Of a DNA stretch of 64,000 nt, positions 13,971 through 26,274 are shown piece after piece. The translations under genes were made by a program, and so were the position numbers. The notes under the pieces were generated by a model, which made no database searches, was not told where the DNA came from, and worked only from the letters and a program-made list of their open reading frames with translations. The stretch comes from Euglena gracilis (lineage: Eukaryota): positions 30,880,395 through 30,944,394 of the forward strand of contig CP154954.1 in NCBI GenBank assembly GCA_039621445.1, in the 5' to 3' direction. Numbering within the stretch: position 1 is the first letter of the stretch; each line of letters begins with the position of its first letter.

Positions 13971-15323
13971 TTATACATTGCGCTTATGCGCAATGTATTT
14001 TCATTGCGCTTAAGCGCAATGAAAAAGCAATGTAAAACTGTTGCGTTTAAGCGCAATGTCCATAACCATTGCCTTCTGGGCACAAATTTACAATTTTTGC
14101 GAAAAATCTGGGACCCTATACCCTGACACACGGAGAACAGTTTCTGAACTGTTGCGACCCCCTATTGGAGGGATGTAACTCCCGGTGGTTTGGTGGGCAT
14201 GTTACTTACCGGGTGACACGAATGGTGCGGAGGGTGAGATTGGTGCTCTTGGATGCCAAACAGGTGAGAAGCACACACCCGCTGATACGACATTTGGCGT
14301 TGGCGCTGACACGGTGCCTGAACTGGCTTGGGTACTGCAGCCACCCATAAGGACACATGGAGCCTTATTACACATACAACATGCTGTGTTGGCCCAACTG
14401 ATGTGTGTTTATGCGCGCACTTGCACGCACAAACAAATTTATATTTGTGGGTGCATTTGCGCGCACAAACATAAAACTTTGAAGTTAAAAATACATATTT
14501 GTGTACGCAAATGCACCCACAAACAAATTTTGTTTGTGCGCGCAAATGCGCGCACCAACATCTTGGGGAAACTGATATATGGATGGTTTGTGCATGGGCG
14601 TGAACTGAACAATATGTCCATGTTAAAAGACACTGATGATTACCATGATCCCACGAGGTTTTTGGACGTGATAGACATGTTGGTGCGCGCATTTGCGCGC
14701 ACGAACAAAGTTTGTGGGCGCAAATGCGCACACCAACATTTAATCATACACTTCAAAACAGTGTGCACGCGTACATGCGAGCCTTGATGCACACAAATAA
14801 AGTTATGTTGGTGTGCGCAAATGCGCGCACCAACACACATCAGTTGTGAGACACCATCTCCTCGTTTGTGACGTCTGGCGAACGTAGTTCCGCACGCCAA
14901 CCATTGATATGCAGGCGAATGAATTGATGACGTGTAAACGACCTGTGACTGTTCGACGCTTTTTCTGCAACAGCACTGCATAACAAGAATTCAAAATTTG
15001 GTACTTGAAATACCTGGGATGTGTCGGGCTGGAATCCATTTTCCGGTATTCTCCACCATATTCCTCAATTTTTCCGGGTGTGGTAAAAGCCACCGCTTTC
15101 ATGCAACCAATCGAGGGGTAATGGTTCAACACTTCCTTGCACCCAAAGTGATGGGTGTTTGAGGGCAACCTTTCTCCGGATGCCGGTTGCCATACACCAG
15201 CACCACGTCGTCCCCCCAGTCTGATACCCCGGTTGTGGGGAATAACGTGGCCGCTTCGGTGGGTGCTGTTGCACCGGGGAGGTCGATGCCGGCCTGGTGG
15301 GTGCTGAAGCATCAGTGGCTAAT

Positions 15324-15698
15324 CAGACTTTCATTTAGTGTGCCGCGGCGAAGTTTGCCGCGGCGCAAAAAAAAATTCCACGGCGCACGTGGCGCGCAAT
15401 TGAATTTTAGCCGCGGCACACCCGCAGCGCACCTGAAACGCTGCCACCGCACCAACAACACACCTGCGGCGCGCCAATGATGTTCCACAGCACATGCTAT
15501 TTTTTTTTGGTCGCGGCACGGACAGGCGATAATTGGGATGGCCATGCTGCAGCGCACGCGGCGCTGCTGTGGTGCACGCGGCACTGCCGCGGCGCACAGA
15601 AGGAAATATTCCGCGGCGCACGCAGTCACAAAATTTCCGATGCCGCAGCACACGCGGCGCAGGAAAAAAAATTCCGCGGCGCACTAAATGAAAATCTG
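15324..15698. mobile_element. hAT-type MITE
   Basis: ~25-bp TIR CAGA(C/T)TTTCATTTAGTG(T/C)GCCGCGG; TSD TGGCTAAT/TAGCTAAT; GCGGCGCA repeats. Confidence 0.85.
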
Positions 15699-16018
15699 TA
15701 GCTAATGTGGCTGCAGCAGTGGAGCCCAAGCTGCGGGCCAGCGGCAGGGCCTTTGGGATCCTAAAATCGGTGCTGGCGGACGTGCACCGTAATCGAGTGG
15801 CTGCGTAACCACCTTCAGAAGATCCTCCATCTCAACCTTTCCTCGGACCGTCACTAGACCAGAACTGGCGCCATAATACCAGGTGTTGGAGGAGACGGTG
15901 TGGTCGTTGGGGTTGAACCCCTTCAGAGGCCAGAGCCGGTGGGCGTTGCAGGGCCAAGTGATGTCGCTTCTTTATTCCTCCGTTGGTTTATCCTCCGTTG
16001 GTGGTTCATTTGCTTTAA

Positions 16019-16135
16019 AGCGCGCGTCACGTTGTTTGTGGGCGCAAATGCGCAAATGAACCACTTGTGAATTTGTGCAATTTCTGCAGGTAGTTCATTT
16101 GCGCATTTGCGCCCACCAACAGCATGACGCGTGCT
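16019..16135. mobile_element. Palindromic mini-MITE, TTAA TSD, AG..CT termini (Kolobok-like)
   Basis: TTAA|AGCGCGCGTCAC...TGACGCGTGCT|TTAA; arms of ~50 bp. Confidence 0.75.
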
Positions 16136-16414
16136 TTAACGCACGTGAACCATCAACCATTTACCGGCGTTTGACGGTTGTGCTTTGTCACACCATTTAT
16201 CGACCATTCAGAACCCATGAACAAATTGTGTTGGTGCGCGCATTTGCGCGCACAAACACATTTTTGTTTGTGCACGCTTTAGTGACAATGAACTGGCACC
16301 GTCAACAAACAGTGTGACAAACCCACCGATTTATGTTCCTTGACGGCCTGCTGGTTCGCGCAGACACAGCCCCATTGTCATTGTTTATCAACGGTGTCAG
16401 CTCATGGGTGTTAA

Positions 16415-16541
16415 AGCTCATCCCTTGTAGGACAAATTTGCGTTTATGGGCGCAAATGCGCGCACAAACAAAATTATGTTGGTGCGCGCATTTGCGCCCA
16501 TAAAAAAAATAAACAGAACTTTGTCCTTCAAGGGATGGGCT
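16415..16541. mobile_element. Palindromic mini-MITE, TTAA TSD, AG..CT termini (Kolobok-like)
   Basis: TTAA|AGCTCATCCCTTG...CAAGGGATGGGCT|TTAA. Confidence 0.75.
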
Positions 16542-17803
16542 TTAACTTCCAGGTTCTTTACAACAAAACTGGTTTTGCAGATCCCGGGCATAAGTTGGGT
16601 GGGAGACACTTGTCCTCTTCATTCCCTGTGGACCCTATTTCTTCCCCTCTGTGCATCCCATGCCAAACACCCCGCACTTACCTTCCTTACCTGATGCCCT
16701 TCCCACCCACTAGGTCACACCACATCCACACCCCCCCGCATTTCCTCCCCGCACTTTAACAAACACACCAAAAACTGCACGCTGACGTGCCGCAAAGCAG
16801 TCCAGCAAACAAACACCCAGGATGCACACTGCCGGCAGTTTGAGCACACCCAAGGACACAGCCGAAAGGAGCAAGAAGGGCAGTAAAGGTCCCGTTCCTG
16901 TGCCGCTTTTTTGCGATTTTTTTCACTCCCGGGGGGAAGGTCCCGGGGGTTTCGACGTGTGGAGCCCATTTCCGGAACCCCCCAAAACACCATTTTTGGC
17001 CAAAGCCCGAGGGGTCACACCGCCAAAAACAGAATTTCGCTCATTTTTTTGCACTCTCTTGTCGCCGTGTTTTCAAACCCCCCTGACCTTCACAGCCGGA
17101 ATCAAAAAAAAATCGGAAATTTGCGCAAATGCGCAAATCAACATAAAAAAGCTTAAGTGCAAATCCGGCCGCCTAAGCACCGGACGTTGGGACAAGACCC
17201 TGGGCTTGCCCTCAATCCCCCCTAACCCATCCACCTGGGTGGTTTCCCGCTGTACCACTCCTTGCACTTCAAGCAACCAGGGATCACAACTCTATGACAC
17301 ACACGCCGTTTTTTCGACCTTTTCACAACGTGTGTGTAGAGTCCACCCTCTGGATGCCTCAGCAGGCAACTCTTCGGGCACATGTCGCAGAGCCGGAAAA
17401 AAAAAAGCAACAGAAATGGCCAAATTACACCCAGCCTGTGCAGCACCATCTAGGGAACACAGTTGAGGCTTCAAAAACGAGGGACTCGCAACGGGGGGTT
17501 TTGGCCCTTTTTGGGAAAATTCACGTGCCCCGGCGTTCAAACCCAGGGTTTTGAACCTTTTTTAAAATGGTGCACAGGCCGAGAAACACCAAGATTGGGC
17601 CTGTTCCCAGGGTCCCAACATCGGCAAACGATGCACACGCCAATGTGGAGGGTCTCCGTGGAACCAGAGGGTCAAAAGGGTGGGTTCTACCGCCGGGTTT
17701 CAAAAAGATTGGAAATTTGCGCATAAGTGCAAGCTGAAAATCAAAGCATTAAGTGGGAGTTTGGCCACCTAAGACCCAGGCCAAAGGGCAGAGGTATCCC
17801 AAA

Positions 17804-18343
17804 CAGGCAGTTTTTTAAGGTGGTGCCGACCCCACCCGGGGGGGGGGGGTGCCTGCCTGGGCCAGGCTGTTTTTTACCAACCCCGGGGGGGGGGGGTCCG
17901 GAGTGCCTTGGGGTGCCTGCCCAGGCAGGCACTACCCCCCCCCCCCGAGGGGTCGGATCGGATGGGGTGCCTGCCCAGGCAGGCTCTACCCCCCGCCCCG
18001 AGGGGTCGGATCGGGAGTGCCTTGGAGTGCCTGCCCAGACAGGCACCCCCCCCCGGGGGTGGGGTCGGCACCCGACTAAAATACGGCCTGGCCCTGGGCA
18101 GGCACTCCCGATCCGACCCCCCCCCGGGGGCACACAACCAAAAGTGACCTACCACAGACCCTGGCGCCAAATGCGCCGGGGAGCCAAAAATGGCTTATTT
18201 TGAAAGGAATGTGCCTGGGCGCAGGCAGAAATCCGACCCCCCCCCGGGGGGGTGTGGCTGGAGTGTGTGGAAGGCCGGCCCGGGCCAGGCACCCCGGCCC
18301 CCCCCCGCCCCCCCTCCCCCCCGGGTTGGCAAAAAAAAGCCTG
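17804..18343. mobile_element. hAT-type MITE with internal GC-rich repeats
   Basis: CAGGC...GCCTG; perfect TSD ATCCCAAA; repeated GTGCCTGCCCAGGCAGGC. Confidence 0.85.
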
Positions 18344-21300
18344 ATCCCAAACGGTTTCGCATCTTCTGGATGTCCGAAAAAAAGCGCATTTTAGGTGTAT
18401 CACAGGTACACCACAGGGTGTACGCTTGGCAACTCTCCACCCTCCCTCCTTGCATGCAAATTTAACAACACTGGCCCCGGCGCGCGGTGCATGAGTTCCA
18501 TGTCTTGGTGTCTCCCCTTGATGTAGGGGTGGGGGGAATAGGGCGCCTGGGAATATACTCGATACCTACCAAGCGGGAGTGGGGCAGTGCTCCCATGATG
18601 TTGGACACAGGACCAGCAGCCCCTATCCGCTTCTGCACATCAAAGTGGCGTGGCTCTTTTCATTGGAATTCTGGGATTCCCTGGGTTGAATATGAATAAC
18701 TCGCAACGTTGAAATGCAAGCATTCAAGATTTGGAAGGTGAAGAGGAGGAGGATCCACTTCCCCCTTAGCACCATGACCTTGCCCAGCACGCACAAAATG
18801 GAGAATTGATATCTGACACCTTTTCATGTGCAACAATAAAATGTACAATTTACAGTTCATGGCAACAATACAAAGTCCAACAATAAAACATTTGGCTTTC
18901 GTCAAGTAAGTAAAATTCGCACCAAACCATCAAGCACTTTGAATTCACCACCAGAGCAACACGCTGATGACCCTTCAGGCCAAGAGGCTCCTTTTCAAGA
19001 CCCGGGGGGAGGGGCAGGGATGGATGGGCAGCCTTGGGGGGGGTCCGCCCCCCCCCCCCCCGACACGGGGGGGTTGGACCCCCCCGCCTCGAAACTGAAG
19101 GGGCCCGGGGTAATTTTTGGTTTCATGGAACGGCAAAGGACCAAGAAAAATTTTTGGGCTGGAAACGGGCCAAAACTGGTCAAAAATCCCTGATTTTTCG
19201 TATAAATCCAAAAATGGTAAGTTTTTGAAAATTCTTGAACACTTTTTATGTGGAAAAACCAAAAAAAAAATCGTGGGACATGCTCAAAAAAATGGAAAAG
19301 GCATCTTTTGCTCATTTGGCGGCGCACAGCGCCGGAAGAAAATTTTTCGCTATTTTTGGAACCTGGCAAAGGGGGGCGGGTGGGGGGTCCGGACCTGCCA
19401 CCTGCCTCAAAACCGAAAACCGAAGGGCTTCCCATCCATCCCTGGGGAAGGGAGGCTGCCCTCTAAAGTTCGGGCCATCTGAAGGAATTTTCAAAAATAT
19501 ATTTCTGGCGCTTTGCACGAGAACCCATACCCAATCCCCCAGGCATGCGCGCTCTGGGGGGGGGAATTAAAAAAAAAGGCTGGTCCCATATGGTGCAAAT
19601 GCAGGCATGAACAAAACAGCATATGAGTTTAACTGCCATCCATTGTGCGACGATGTGTGTCAAACAGAAATGCCCTTTTCTCGTTAAGGGCCTGTATCTA
19701 TGTCCATGTCAATGGAGATATATTGTCTTTATGTGTATGTGGTTTAATTTGACGGCAGGTGGGCCCCACGGGGCAGTCCCACTGATTAAAATTTAACCCA
19801 GGTGCTTGTAAATGGGGGGAGGGTCCCGAATGGTTGCAGTGTTGTTGCCGCCCTGGTGGCAAACTGCGTCCGCGTCCCAGTGCCTTCCCCGTCACAATTT
19901 GCAGGGGTGTACAGCAAACACCTATACAGTCAACCGATGCCCAGAAACTCTTTTTGAGGCGTAATACTTAGAACTTTCTGGAGGGTGAAATACAAAACGT
20001 CTGCACCAATAGACCAAAAGAAACCTCGGTGAACAAAAAAAATCAGTATTTTATGCCATGTTTTTTTCTACACTTGTGACCTCTGTCACTTGTAGAAGAA
20101 CAAAAAATGACTTGAAAGAAAGATTGGGTCATATAAAATTTAAATCTCACAGGACGAACTGGACCATTTCCGGGGGAAGGGGTCAAAATTTCCAAAGGAG
20201 GTATACCTCCCTTGGCCAATGCCCATCTTAGATCACACCGCCCAGGGGGTTGCAAATGGTGGAGGGGCAAACCTGAAAGAGTCACGCCCTTCAAACAATG
20301 TCAGGAGAGAATGGACAGGCTGGGTCCATCCCTGCAGCGTAACACACCAGAGGGGGGAGGTAAGATGTAAACAGCAATATAAACACGAAGGGGACAGGAG
20401 CCCTGACATCCCTTGCCCTCCACCTCAGCAGAGCAAACCATCAATCCTCTTACCACAGCAATATGATTAGCCATGATAAGTTCTATGATATGTGCAACTG
20501 CAACACCCCGCAGTGAGGATATTGAACGGGGATGGTGCCTTGAAAGCCAGTGAGAAGCAAAATGTGTGTATGTGTGTGTGGGTGTGTGGGCAGGCGGGCA
20601 TGGGTGTGTGCGTGGGCGTGTGAGTGGGTGCGTGCATGCATATGTATTTGGAAATGTTCAGTGAAAAAAACCTGTAAACAAACAGGGGGTTTCTTAAGAA
20701 CCTGGGGGGGGGGTCCAGCAGGCTGGAAAAAGGTGCTGGCTAGAACCCCTGGGGGGAGGTTGGCGGGGGGGCGGGGGCGGGTCGGACAGCTGGCAGGCCG
20801 AAATTTTTTCGGTCCAGCGGCTTTGCCAGGCTGCCCCTAACTTTATGTAAGGGGACCCTGGGCTCAAGAAAACCTCGGGTAACAAATCTTCAGAAAAGGA
20901 ATGCCCTGAAATGGAAAAGGATTTCTAGCAAATGGTTTGCAATTTGCCAAGGAATAAAGCCCCCCAAAACAAGTTGTTGAGAAAAAGACAGTGACCTCCC
21001 CGAATATAAGAAACCAGGTTTTGTGTAGTGCTGAGCCCTTTGCGTGCCTGATGATGCCATGGCGCAACAGATGTTTGAAGCCTCTGGCTACCAGGGCGGA
21101 TCTTCAGCCCGACCTGGCGGCCGGAGGCCCGGCCCCGGCGCGACCGGTGGCCCAGCCCGGCCCGGCTCAGGCGCACAACTGGCCCTGGCAGTTTATGCGG
21201 GGCGATGGAGGGTCCCAAGGGGCTTTATTTTACGTCCCCGGTGATTTCCTTTGATTCCCGAACATTTTGGAGATATTTTGAATTTCGATTTTTTTGAACC

Positions 21301-24300
21301 TGAAATGGCCCGAAAATGGCCAAAACGGGCAGCATTTGGAGCAGGAGTCCAACTGGCCCTGGCGGCTATACAGGGCGATTGAGGGTCCCAGGGACTTTAT
21401 TTTAGGTTCCCAATCCACTTTGGAGATATTTTGAAAATCTCGATTCATTTTACCTGAAATGGCCCGAAAACAGCCAGCCAAAACAGTACAAAATGGCCAA
21501 AATTGGCGGGAAAATGGCCGCAACTTGGGCTTGGTGGGGAGTTCGTGAAAAAGTAAAGCATTGTTGGATAGGGCATTCCAAGGGCTTTATTTTTGGTCTC
21601 CGGACATTTCCTTTCATTTTGCTTCATTGTCGGAATATTTTAAAAAAAAATCGATTTTTAAAAAACACCGTTCTGCCCAACTTTTCTCCGGCGGTAACCT
21701 TTGCTCTGACTCTGAAGAGATAAGAGCTCAGCGACCCCCTCTATCATCAACACCTAAAATATGAGCAACCCTTTGGCCGATTTTCGGCGGACAGCCAAAT
21801 AAAAACAACCCCTGATTGGACGATGTGAAGGAATTTTCAAAGGCAAAAAACGGCCGAAATAAGTGAATTCAAAAAATAAGCAACCCCTGGAGCCGATTAT
21901 CGGAAACCCAAATATAAGCAACCAGTTTCTTGTATTGGGGGGGGGGGGTAATGGGACAGCTGAATGGGAGAGCATTAAGAACTGCAGCCTTCAGGCGGGG
22001 TGTGGGTCATGCGTGTACTTCTCCAGGCAGAAATCTTGGACCGGTCAGGGAACAGGCAGTGGGCAGGACATAGACCCGCAGGGAGTGCGCCTTTTGCACG
22101 CAGGCCATGCTGCAGCCCTGCGCAGGGTGGGGATTGGGTTGAGGGAGGCGCAGCCCAAGTAGCAAACATGGGGGTCCCAGGGATGGTGCCGGGGACAATC
22201 CCCCCCAAAGAAGCAAGAGAGGGAGGGAGGGGAGGGGACAGGGCGGCAAACAAACACCTCTTTTCATTAGAATCCAGAATCCTTGAGTCCAAATGATGGA
22301 GAATTTGATGTTGGAAACTATCCCTCAACTCGCCTGGAACCGCAAAAAAAAGGGAGGAAAATCCAGCCCATCCGCCGCTGTGCACCTGGCTCCCAATTTC
22401 ACGACCTTCACCCTGTGCAGTGTCCTGCAATCAATCGAGCCACTCACCAGCCTGCGGGAAGGTAAACAGCATGTTTGGCACAGCTCAACCCATTCCGCCC
22501 AAACAATTCCGCACAGCAGAGGGGGGGGGGGCAAAAGGAAGGGACTGCCATTGGGGGGCAGGGACAGCCAGCCAACATCGGCCCGGGCGGCAAACCCTTC
22601 TTTGGGTCCGCGCAAGGCAAGGGTGGGGATCCCTTGGGAGGGATATTGACTCGGCAGAGGGGGAGAGGGAAATCCATCCAGGCAGCCGGCTGGCCCCCGC
22701 CGTTCGGTCGCCCACTGGTGCTACCAGCCCCATAACTGGAGAGGGCTGGCATGTTTTTTTGGGGGGGCTGCTTTGTACCAACCCTGGGCAAGAACCTCCA
22801 GAAACTTGGTACTTTGGTGGTGTTGTCAGGATTTGTCAGGATTTGTCGGGATTTGCCAGAATCCGCCCCTCCAGAGGGCCAAAAAAGTGTTGTCGGGATT
22901 CGTCGGGGTTTGTCGAGATTTGTCGCTGGAGACCCCGGAGTTGGGGATTGTAGGGGTGCCCTGGATATAGACAGCCCCATGCGTTGGCAGGGGGGGGGGG
23001 GAGAACGTTGCCTGAAAAGGGGGGCATTCCTGGGCTTCTGTAGAATTTGTGCCGAAGTGGCTCACTTCGCTGGGGGGTGTCCTCATAGAACCCATAGGGA
23101 GGAAACCTTATGAATTCCTGCGGTTTCTTATCAGTTTTGGGAGGGATTCTGAGACAAAAGTGGGCACTGTCCAGCCTGTATTGCATGGGATACGTTGAAT
23201 AAGGGTTGCAGAGAGGCCGGGTGGAGGCTCGGACCCCCCTATGGTCAAATGGGAGAGATGTCCACCTGAACCGCACCTTAATGTGATGCCCCTGTTTGTC
23301 ACCCCTTTGGTTGGTGACGGGGGGGGCGACAGTTGGGAGGTTACTATTACTACTGCTCCCCCCTTTATGTTGTCACTTTCTGCAGCGCACTTTTGCACGC
23401 AGTTAGCTTGCAGGGGGGGGGCAATTTGAAAGGGGGTGACAAAAGAGGGGGGTCTGGTTGACGGAGGGGACGTTCACGTGAGAGCATCTTTCTCTTTCTC
23501 TTTCCGTCCACTGGCTCCCACCCACCCTCGTGTGTGGCAGGGCCATCGGGAGGGGCAGCACCATGCGGGCGGGCAGGCTCCATCCAGCAACGCTTCTGGT
23601 GGCCCCGGGGGGTGTTTAGCCAACGAGGGGGATAGCCCAGCAGGGGTCCTGGCCCAGCTGAGACCTGCCCCCCCCCTCCCAAAGCATCTGCATGCGAACG
23701 TAAAGTGGGGGGGGGCAGCCCGGTGAAGTGGGGGGGATGGCTTCCGAATACAAAATTGACAAATTTGCTGACCACCTTTCAGGGCAGACAAAAAAATACG
23801 GTAGACAGTTTGGGGGAAATAAAGTAAACCCAAAATCAATTTTCCAGAATCAACGTAATATTCTTTTACTGTAATTCTTGTGCACAATAATTTCTGTCCA
23901 CCTTGTGTCATGAGTCCATATGACGCTGCCCCAACCTTGGCACACCTTAATATCCGAACAAAAAGTGGCAGAGAAACGACGCCAAACATGTTTTCTTTGG
24001 GCTTTTCCCATTACAAGACATTCGGTTTCCTTCTCCGGTTGAGCCAGACACATCCGTGGTCCAACAGACATGACTCTTGTGCATTCTCCTTGTAATTATT
24101 GGACGAGAGAGGAATTTCCTGGTGTAGACTGTCTAAACTACCATCTCCCAATGCCCAGCTTAAACATGAAATTGGCTCATATTGTTTTGGCAAATGTTTT
24201 GCCCAAAAAAATCCGACCAGAGTAATCTTGTCTAGCAAATGACAAAGACATAAGCAATAAAAAACGTCTGGGCAAATAAATGCCCCTATAACCAGCCCAT

Positions 24301-26039
24301 TCACTTGCTGATGGGATAAAGTATGCCTCCATTGTTTTTATAATATAAATCCTTCGACGCTGTGGTAAATGACTGAGACTGGAATTCGACCACAAACGTT
24401 TGATCAGGACTCCAGACCAAATCTTTTTGTTCTGAGGGAACGCCATTCATTCAACACTCCACTGATACGAACACTCAATGGCCCAAAATGAAAACCTCCC
24501 GCTTTTTTCTACCTTGGGAATCAACGTGCACGCTTTGAATTTGGGCGAGGGAGTGAATCTGTGTGTCGCCCAAATGGATTTTTCCACACGTCAGTTGACT
24601 GTGCCTTCTGGGGTGCAAAACAAGCTGGGCCTGGCACTGGAATGTTGGGATTTGGGTCAGAAGAGAGGATGTCTGGGCAGAGAGGAGGAAGGGAGGCTGG
24701 AGGGGGGGGGGGGCGGTGGCGCAGTGCCCGAGATGCATTTTTGAATGGATCCGAAATCAACACACCAATTGGGGAAAATTGGCGAAAAATGGGAAAAAAT
24801 TGTTGGTGCACAATTTTTTCTCCCCTGGGTATCCTGGTGGGGTCCAACCCCACTGGGACTGGGTACCTTCTTCCATCGAACTCAGCCAGTTGTTTGATGT
24901 GTGGAAGAGATCTTCGAAAGATAATTTAGCAACATTGCATGTGTCGTTAAACATTACTCAAACAAAGCACCCAAAAAAATAATATCACCACGGGACCTGA
25001 TTTTGGTAGCCCAATGTGATATCCCCCCCCCCACACTGATGTCAAGAAAAACATGTGCTTTGTGATGGTTGGAATAATAATATTTTTGTAAAAAGATTTT
25101 CATGATTTCAGCCACGTTCTAGTTGGAAAGCAAAAATGCGCCTTTCTGAGACATAAAAATTGCACCAAAGATGGAATTTGACAAAAATATATAAACCCGA
25201 CCCCCCACTTATAACCCCCCCCCATCCTATAACCCCCCTTCCACTTATAACCCCCCCCCTCGGGCCCAACCACTAAACCGTGGCTTATAACCCCCCCCCC
25301 CCCGGGAAGACATGAGAAGGCAAAGAGATCCGCCAAGGCTGTAACCCCCCCACTTATAACCCCCCCCTTGGGGCCAACCACTAAACAGGATCCTATAACC
25401 CCCGGGGGGGTTATAAGTGAGGGGGGGGGGTTACAACCGATTTCAAGGTCAAATTCTGCCACAGAAAAAGACAAAAATTATTTAATAATATCCCCCCAAA
25501 CAATATCCCCCCCTGGGGATGGACTCCACATAATGTTTCAGGGGGAATATCATTTGGGGGGTTATCTCCAAAAAAAGCAAAAAAAGGCGAAAAATCTCTC
25601 CCATTTTTCACATCCCAAAGAAATGCAAACCACAAAAACAAATGAAATATTGCCTTCCTGGCGCAACCAATTCCGACAAGCACCGGTGGGGGAGCGGTGG
25701 CAGAGAGCGGTGGCCAGCAACTGCGGCGCCACCATCGCGGCCTCAATATGCGGCACGGCGCGGCCTCCGCTTGCCCCGCCAAGCCCTGAGGCGGGAGGCA
25801 GGCGGGTAGGTAGGCGGGGGGGGGGGGGGGAGGGCAGCGTGGAAAACTGTCAACTGGCTTTGTAATTGTCAACTTGCCTTGGCACACTGCGCAGTGTTGG
25901 GCACATATACGATCCATTGAAGCCTCTCTGCGCCTGGGCGAAAATGGCTGGGTTCAGGCAAAAACAAGAATAATCCAGCACACAGACACACAAGCCCACG
26001 GACACATGCTTAGGTGTCAAATGAGGTCATGCATGCCAA

Positions 26040-26238
26040 TACATACACACACATGCACACAGATAGACCTTCCCATACATCAATCACCTGCAAACACAAG
26101 CACATACACACATACAGACACAAGCACATCCATGCATGCATGCACGCAAACATGCACACGCACGCACGCACGCACACACGCACGCATGCATGCAGACACA
26201 CACACACACACACACAGGCGTGCGGACACCCACACCCA

Positions 26239-26272
<34 letters not shown>
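26040..26272. repeat. Degenerate (CA)n/(CACG)n microsatellite
   Basis: Directly visible in the sequence. Confidence 0.95.

Positions 26273-26274
<2 letters not shown>

Larger units (their letters stand above)
11379..17773. mobile_element. CTTAGG-terminus element, 5-bp TSD, inflated by nested insertions
   Basis: CTTAGGCGGCCTGACTCGCACTTAGCTTT...TAAGTGGGAGTTTGGCCACCTAAG; TSD ACCCA; a second right-end-like motif ends at ~17177. Confidence 0.6.
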
